The notes under the pieces are model-generated. The model made no database searches, was not told the origin of the DNA, and was given only the letters and a program-made list of their open reading frames with translations. Of a stretch of DNA of 51,631 nucleotides, positions 46,069 to 51,631 are shown piece by piece. Position numbers and translations under genes: made by a program. The stretch comes from an uncultured Acidimicrobiaceae bacterium. Its GTDB lineage: Bacteria; Actinomycetota; Acidimicrobiia; Acidimicrobiales; Salinilacustritrichaceae. Within the stretch, counting starts at the first letter, position 1, and the number at the start of each line of letters is the position of its first letter. Location of the stretch: assembly GCA_964498565.1 (NCBI GenBank), contig CAZCJT010000001.1, positions 1 to 51,631 on the forward strand, written 5' to 3'.

Positions 46069-47241
46069 ATGATCGACACAGCAACCCCGGTAGTGCGCGT
46101 CGACGCGCCTGCCCAACAGGACCCGGCTCGGTTCGGGACAGGTCGGCTCCACGTGTCCGCCGTCGCCTCGCTCGGCGCCGGCGCCGTCCATGCGGTCGCT
46201 GTCGGGGTGCACGGCGACACCACGCAGGCCGCTGTCGCGTTCACCGCTGCTGCCGCGTTCCAGCTCGGGTGGGGAGCGTGGGCCATCGTCCGGCCCTCCA
46301 AGCTCGTGGCGGCTTGCGGCGTGCTCGGCAACGGCGCGCTGTTGGTCATGTGGTTCGTCTCGACGCAGCGAGGCATCTCCTTCGTCGACGGCCTCGAGGT
46401 GGCGAAGCCCGTGGAGCTGGGCGACGGCATCGCCGCTGGCCTGGCCGCACTCGCCCTGGCCTTGAGCGCTGTGACCCTGGTGCGGCCGGTGCGCCCGGTC
46501 CGCTTGGAGCAGCGGGTCCTCGCTTCCGTCGCATCCGTCGCCGTCGCGTTCGTCGTCCTCGCCGGGATGATCGCCGCCGCCCAACCGTCGCACCACGCAG
46601 CCGGTGCCGAGACTGCGGTCGCGTCCGCCCAGCCGGCTGCGGCCGTGGCCCCCGTTCCCTACGATCCGAAGCGACCGATCGACCTCGGCGGTGTCGAGGG
46701 CGTGAGCGCGGAACAGCAGGCCCGGGCCGAGAACCTCATCGCAAACACGCTGAGCCACCTCCCCACCTACACCGACCCGGCTGTCGCCGAGGCCGACGGC
46801 TACCGCTCGATCAACGACGGCGGCACCGGCTACGAGCACTACATCAACGGCGACTACCGCACCGACGGACGGGTCCTGGACCCGGACCGGCCCGAGTCGC
46901 TCGTGTACCAGGTGCGCGACGGCGAGAAGCAACTGGTCGCAGCCATGTTCATGGCCGAACCAGGCACGACTTTGGAGACGACGCCGGACATCGGCGGGCC
47001 ACTCACGCAGTGGCACATCCACGACAACCTGTGTTTCGCAGAGAGCGGCCAGGTCGCCGGACTCACCGATGCCTCCGGGGGATGCGCGCCGCCGTTGGTC
47101 AAACCGGAGCCGGTCCCGATGATCCACGTCTGGATCGTTCCGCACCCCTGCGGACCCTTCTCAGCCCTCGAAGGCATCGCTGGCGGGTCGATCAAGCCGG
47201 GTGAGCAACGCCTCTGCGACACGGCCCACGGCGGCCACTAG
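46069..47241 (+). CDS. Membrane protein with His-rich extracytoplasmic domain
   Basis: About 5 TMs, then YEHY, PESLVY, WHIH..LC, MIHVW..HPCGPF. Confidence 0.8.
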   Translation: MIDTATPVVRVDAPAQQDPARFGTGRLHVSAVASLGAGAVHAVAVGVHGDTTQAAVAFTAAAAFQLGWGAWAIVRPSKLVAACGVLGNGALLVMWFVSTQRGISFVDGLEVAKPVELGDGIAAGLAALALALSAVTLVRPVRPVRLEQRVLASVASVAVAFVVLAGMIAAAQPSHHAAGAETAVASAQPAAAVAPVPYDPKRPIDLGGVEGVSAEQQARAENLIANTLSHLPTYTDPAVAEADGYRSINDGGTGYEHYINGDYRTDGRVLDPDRPESLVYQVRDGEKQLVAAMFMAEPGTTLETTPDIGGPLTQWHIHDNLCFAESGQVAGLTDASGGCAPPLVKPEPVPMIHVWIVPHPCGPFSALEGIAGGSIKPGEQRLCDTAHGGH

Positions 47242-47350
47242 CACAAGAGGCGGGAGTCAAAGGTTCCGCGCTGGTCTTCGAAGCAGGTCGTGACGTCCAC
47301 CTCGAAGGGCGACGCTTCCCCACGCAGTCGCGTCGGTACGGTGCGCTGGC

Positions 47351-48544
47351 GTGGCGTCGGACGAAGATGACGTCGAGCGTCGCCTCGGCGACGATCGCTG
47401 GATGGGCCCCGCCGTGCCGCACCTCCCCCTCCCACCGGATGATCGCGTGTGGCGGCACCCGTCCGAGCTCGGCGCACAGGCGCGTGCGCAGCGCTGCGAG
47501 CGACGAATGCTCCGACGACAGCGTCGAATCCGGCGATTCGCAGCGGTCGGGGCGGCTGCGACCGCAGTGGCTCTGGGGTCGTTGGTCGAGGTCAATTCCA
47601 GCGACGACAGCCAGACCACGAGAAGCCCTCTTGCCATCGACGGCGACAACCAGGAGACGTCGGAGCTCGGTCCTGAGCAGGTACTGAGTGGGCCGGTGGT
47701 GACGGTCGAGTTCCGTACATCCAAGGACCGCTCCCTGGCGAGAGCGACCCTCTACCGGGACCGTTACCTGCTGACCGCCGCTCGCTTGGTGGCCGAGGCC
47801 GACTCGATCTCCGTCGTGGGCGTCACCGGTGGCCCGGTTGCCGCAACGGTCGTTGGGACCGACATCCACACCGATCTGGCCGTGCTCCGGATCGACGGCC
47901 GAACCGAAGGTGCACCTCTGCAACGGCGTTCCGCGCTCGTGGCCGGCACGGCGGTGGCAGCCGTGACGGGTCCCGCCCCCTCAGGTGGAGCGCGGCAGGC
48001 GACGATCACCGCCACCGACCTGGGCGAGCAGACCCCGGACGGAGTGGACATCTTCGGTCTCGCCCGTATCGAGGCACCTCGGCGGCCGGAAATGACCGGT
48101 GCACCAGTCCTGGACAGCTCGGGTCGCCTCGTCGGAGTGGTCAACGCTCTGGAGTTCGACGAGCCGTCGCTCGGAGACAGTGCCCTGATGGTGCTGCCTG
48201 CGACGATCGCCGCGAACGTCGCCGACAGCATCATCGACACCGGCGCGGCGCAGCATGCGTGGCTCGGCATCACGATCGCAGACCGTCGGCCCGGAGAAGC
48301 CGCACCGTGTCCCGCGGGCGTTGTCGTGACCGCCGTGCACTTCGGCTCCCCGGCCGAGGCAGCAGGGGCGCAGCCCGGCATCCTTGTGGCGAGAATCGGC
48401 GGACAGGACACCCCGACCGTCGATGCCGTCATGGCGGCAATGCGAGCCCTGCAACCCGGAGACGCCACGACGGTGCGTTGGTGCCTATCCGGGACGACCT
48501 TCACCCGACCGATCGTGGTGGTCGGGAGCCCAGTCGAGGGATGA
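47351..48544 (+). CDS. HtrA-like S1C-PDZ protein, apparently catalytically inactive
   Basis: VGTD..TDLAVL retained; His motif reads LTAARLV and Ser motif reads EMTGAP; C-terminal PDZ (SPAEAAG). Confidence 0.8.
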   Translation: MASDEDDVERRLGDDRWMGPAVPHLPLPPDDRVWRHPSELGAQARAQRCERRMLRRQRRIRRFAAVGAAATAVALGSLVEVNSSDDSQTTRSPLAIDGDNQETSELGPEQVLSGPVVTVEFRTSKDRSLARATLYRDRYLLTAARLVAEADSISVVGVTGGPVAATVVGTDIHTDLAVLRIDGRTEGAPLQRRSALVAGTAVAAVTGPAPSGGARQATITATDLGEQTPDGVDIFGLARIEAPRRPEMTGAPVLDSSGRLVGVVNALEFDEPSLGDSALMVLPATIAANVADSIIDTGAAQHAWLGITIADRRPGEAAPCPAGVVVTAVHFGSPAEAAGAQPGILVARIGGQDTPTVDAVMAAMRALQPGDATTVRWCLSGTTFTRPIVVVGSPVEG

Positions 48545-48564
48545 ACGCACAACGGCGCTCGCGC

Positions 48565-49413
48565 TCAGGGGACCGCCAGAGCCAACAGCACGACCGCTCC
48601 GATGCCGACCCGGTACCAGCCGAAGACGTCCAAGCTGCGAATCTCGAGCCAACCGACCATCCAGCGGATCGACGTCAGGGCGGCAGCGAAGGCCACGACG
48701 AGGCCCAACGCGGGGGTCGCGACTCCGAAGACCTCGATCACCTCGGGCCCGCTCCGGAGCGCCTCGTAGGCGGTCGCTGCTCCCAGCGTCACCAGCCCGA
48801 GTAGGAAGCTGAACTCGACCGCCGCCTTCATCGAGCACCCCACGAAGAGGGCGGCCAGGATCGTCACCAAGCTCCGGCTGATGCCGGGCCAGAGAGCGAC
48901 CGTCTGGGCGAGGCCGATCACCGCCGCCCGGCGAACACCGATGAGCTCCAGGTCGAGCCTGTCACCGGCGATCCACGGGCGGTTCCGCGTCCCCAGGATG
49001 AAGAGGCCACCTGCGATCCAGGCCACGGCGACAGGAACAACGCCGAACAGCAGCGACTTCACCATGGCGCCAGCCAGGAAGCCGGTGACGGCGGCGGGAG
49101 CGAACGCCACCGCCAACGCCGCGAGGATGCGACGGCCACCGGGACTGCGACCGACGGCGCCTCGGACGAGCTGGGCGGTTCGGTGCCGGTACAGGACCAG
49201 GACGGCGAGGATGGCGCCACTCTGGATGCAGATGGCGTACGTATCGAGCGCCCGCTCCGTCCGGTCGTCACCACCCATGCCGAGCAACCGAGACGCCACA
49301 AGGAGGTGGCCGGTGGACGACACCGGCAGGTACTCCGTGAGGCCCTCGACGAGTCCGAGCACGACGGCCTCGATCCAACCGAGGCCGGTCGCCCCGAAGA
49401 TGATCCCTACCAC
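48565..49413 (-). CDS. uppP: Undecaprenyl-diphosphate phosphatase
   Basis: GLVEGLTEYLPVSSTGH, IQ.GAILA, PGISRS, EFSFLL. Confidence 0.93.
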   Translation of the reverse strand: MVGIIFGATGLGWIEAVVLGLVEGLTEYLPVSSTGHLLVASRLLGMGGDDRTERALDTYAICIQSGAILAVLVLYRHRTAQLVRGAVGRSPGGRRILAALAVAFAPAAVTGFLAGAMVKSLLFGVVPVAVAWIAGGLFILGTRNRPWIAGDRLDLELIGVRRAAVIGLAQTVALWPGISRSLVTILAALFVGCSMKAAVEFSFLLGLVTLGAATAYEALRSGPEVIEVFGVATPALGLVVAFAAALTSIRWMVGWLEIRSLDVFGWYRVGIGAVVLLALAVP

Positions 49414-49423
49414 CCGATGCCGT

Positions 49424-50533
49424 TCAGGACGTGGGACGGGCAGCGAACTGGATGCTCACGTCGACGTCGCCGTCGGCGCGGGCGACGGTCAGGCGTGCCC
49501 GATCGCCGGGGTCGTAACGACGTAGGCGCGTCAGCAGACCGGGAAGGTCTCGGACGACGGCTCCGTCGATCGCCGTGATCACGTCGCCCTCGCGCAGGCC
49601 TGCCTCGTCGGCTGGCGATCCTGCCTCAGCCGACAGCACCGCAGCGCCCGAGTCGACGGTGAGACCCAGCTGATCCGCTGCTTGAGCCGTGACCGTCGCC
49701 ATCTGAACGCCCATGTATGCATGTTCCGCTGTGCCGTCCTCCAACAGCTCGTCCACGACGTCGCTCACCGTCGGAGACGGGATGGCGAAGCCGAGGCTGA
49801 CCGCGCCGGCGGCCGGTGAGATGTACGCGACGTTGATGCCCACCAACCGTCCGTCGGCGCCGATGAGTGCACCACCGGAGTTGCCAGGGGAGATGGCGGC
49901 GTCGGTCTGGATGAGGTCGACCAGCGACTGTCCACCTTGGGCGGCGGTGGCCGGGATGGACCGGCCCAGGCCTGAGATGATGCCGGCTGTGACGGTGTTC
50001 TCGAACCCGAGTGGGTTCCCCACTGCCACGGCGAGCTGACCGATCTCTGGGTAGCGGTCGGCGAGCTCCATCGCAGGGAGGCCGTCCCGGTCGATGCGCA
50101 GGATGGCCAGGTCCGATAGCGGGTCGGTTGCCTCCAACGTGGCCGGTAGCTGCGAGCCGTCGGCGAGCGCCACGGTGATGTCGGTGCCGCCGGCGACGAC
50201 ATGGTTGTTGGTGACGATCACCCCCTCCGAACGAACGATCACGCCGGAACCCTCGCCGCTCTCGACACCGGCGCGCGTCACCAGCACTGCAACGATCGAC
50301 GCTTCGACCTGTCGTACCAGCTCAGGTATCAGCTCGAGATCGGTTGGCGCATCGCCCCCGGACACCGACGATTCGATGGGAGGCGGTGCTTCCGCCGGAA
50401 CGGTGGTGGTCGCAGCGCCGGGGGTGTCGTCGTCCTCGTCGACGGAGGAGGTACACGCCGGAAGGAGCAGAGCGACCGCAGTGACAGCGAATGCGGCGCG
50501 CACGCCAGCGCTGCGGCGACGTGTTGACCTCAT
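49424..50533 (-). CDS. htrA: HtrA/S1C serine protease lipoprotein with PDZ
   Basis: GSGV, TNNHVV, DLAIL, IQTDAAISPGNSGG; lipobox LPAC. Confidence 0.93.
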   Translation of the reverse strand: MRSTRRRSAGVRAAFAVTAVALLLPACTSSVDEDDDTPGAATTTVPAEAPPPIESSVSGGDAPTDLELIPELVRQVEASIVAVLVTRAGVESGEGSGVIVRSEGVIVTNNHVVAGGTDITVALADGSQLPATLEATDPLSDLAILRIDRDGLPAMELADRYPEIGQLAVAVGNPLGFENTVTAGIISGLGRSIPATAAQGGQSLVDLIQTDAAISPGNSGGALIGADGRLVGINVAYISPAAGAVSLGFAIPSPTVSDVVDELLEDGTAEHAYMGVQMATVTAQAADQLGLTVDSGAAVLSAEAGSPADEAGLREGDVITAIDGAVVRDLPGLLTRLRRYDPGDRARLTVARADGDVDVSIQFAARPTS

Positions 50534-51078
50534 CCGGCACCATCCGTCGACGGCTTGACGTCTTCGGCGGGACCGTCCGGCACGGTGCCGTCGGCTGGGA
50601 CGGAGAGCAGTGCGGCGTGGAAGGCCGCGAGCGGGAAGGCGGCGAGGCTCAGCGGGGTATGCCAAGGAGCCGCGTCGAGGGCGACGAGGGCCGAGTGGTC
50701 AAGGCCGGTCTGCCAGAACGTCACGACTACGAGGGCTACGGCGACGGTCGTCCCGCCCAAACCGCTAACGGATCGCACAGCTGCCACGACAAGTGCCAGC
50801 GCAAGCACGAACGAACCGATACCGATGAAACCGTGAAGGGTTCTCACCGACCCGGCCACCGGCCCCTGAACGACAAGCATCGCCTGGACGAGCACGAGCA
50901 GGACCAGCGCAAGAGCAAGTCTGCGATGTATCGCCCCCGCAACCTTTTCCCCCGTAGGGATGGGGACATCGATACCGACTGGTCCTACGACACGCTGTAC
51001 CACGTGTCCATGCTGTCCCTGCTGGGTGCTGGAGACCAAGTCCGGCCGGCCGCACCTTCGTCCGGGACCCGAACTCAT
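50530..51078 (-). CDS. Four-TM hypothetical membrane protein with His in TMs
   Basis: IHRRLA, LHGFIG, WHTPL hydrophobic segments; start uncertain. Confidence 0.6.
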   Translation of the reverse strand: MSSGPGRRCGRPDLVSSTQQGQHGHVVQRVVGPVGIDVPIPTGEKVAGAIHRRLALALVLLVLVQAMLVVQGPVAGSVRTLHGFIGIGSFVLALALVVAAVRSVSGLGGTTVAVALVVVTFWQTGLDHSALVALDAAPWHTPLSLAAFPLAAFHAALLSVPADGTVPDGPAEDVKPSTDGAG

Positions 51079-51206
51079 CCATGAACAGCCACATCCGGGT
51101 GGGGAGCGGCCCTAGCTCGGTATCTGCGATCCACGCGTCTCGCAGAGGCGCACACGGACAAGGCTGTCGTGGCCCTCCGCCCTTCTCCTGGTCGACCGAC
51201 GGTGAC

Positions 51207-51631
51207 TCAAAGGGGGGTCGCCTCCATGTCGGCATCCCCGGCGGTGGGGGTGGCGGTTTCGTCGGGACCACCGTCGGGACCGTGCCCGTGGTCGCCGTCG
51301 TGGTGGCCGTGGCCGCCGTCGGGATCGTCGGCCGGTTCCATCGCCAGTCCGTAGATGGCGAACAGGGCGAGCGCCCCGCCGGCGAAGGCGATGCCGAGGT
51401 TGAAGATGAGGCCCCAGCCGATGAGCGGAAACGAGGCGCACAGCAGGATCGGCCAGTACGACGGGGCGGGCAGGTGCACGTCGGTGCGGTGACCGGTCTG
51501 GGCCACGTCGTCGGACGTGGCGATGCGCACGACGCGGTGGTCGTCGGTCTCGCCGTACTTGCGGTACCAGAACTCGTCGCGGTGGGTCACGACCGGCACG
51601 TGGTCGAAGTTGTGGGCCGGGGCCGGCGAGG
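51207..51631 (-). CDS. ctaD: Cytochrome c oxidase subunit I, C-terminal part (5' end outside window)
   Basis: SPAPAHNF..VPVV..RD.FW..K, then HLPAPSYWP two-TM extension. Confidence 0.8.
   Translation of the reverse strand, partial: SPAPAHNFDHVPVVTHRDEFWYRKYGETDDHRVVRIATSDDVAQTGHRTDVHLPAPSYWPILLCASFPLIGWGLIFNLGIAFAGGALALFAIYGLAMEPADDPDGGHGHHDGDHGHGPDGGPDETATPTAGDADMEATPL

Overview
High-GC actinobacterial DNA (gene content looks Acidimicrobiia-like; taxonomy is inferred) made almost entirely of accessory material, in two blocks. (1) 1-25073 is the right part of an integrative conjugative element (ICE). It carries SCO6880-like and VirB4-like T4SS genes, a CHC2-Toprim primase, VirD4, SSB, a 1733-aa DarB-like methyltransferase/SNF2 helicase, three toxin-antitoxin pairs and an internally deleted Tn554-like mini-transposon. 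At its end is a compact three-gene CBASS anti-phage operon: a CD-NTase, a single E2-E1-JAB (Cap2-Cap3) fusion and a TIR-SAVED effector. The element ends at a 45-bp 3' fragment of initiator tRNA-Met that has arm-type repeats on both sides. (2) 25074-51631 is a heavy-metal / thiol-redox / envelope cluster: Acr3, Cys-rich MerR, ArsR plus P1B-4 ATPase, CcmF/TlpA, BlaI-M56, cupredoxin, DUF305, VKOR-DsbA, adenylate cyclase-YHS, two HtrA paralogues, UppP and a CtaD C-terminus. The best candidates for novelty are the fused writer/eraser CBASS, a gene nested in the +1 frame inside the DarB-like helicase, and the attP-like tandem-element junction. All calls come from motif reading only; no database searches were run.
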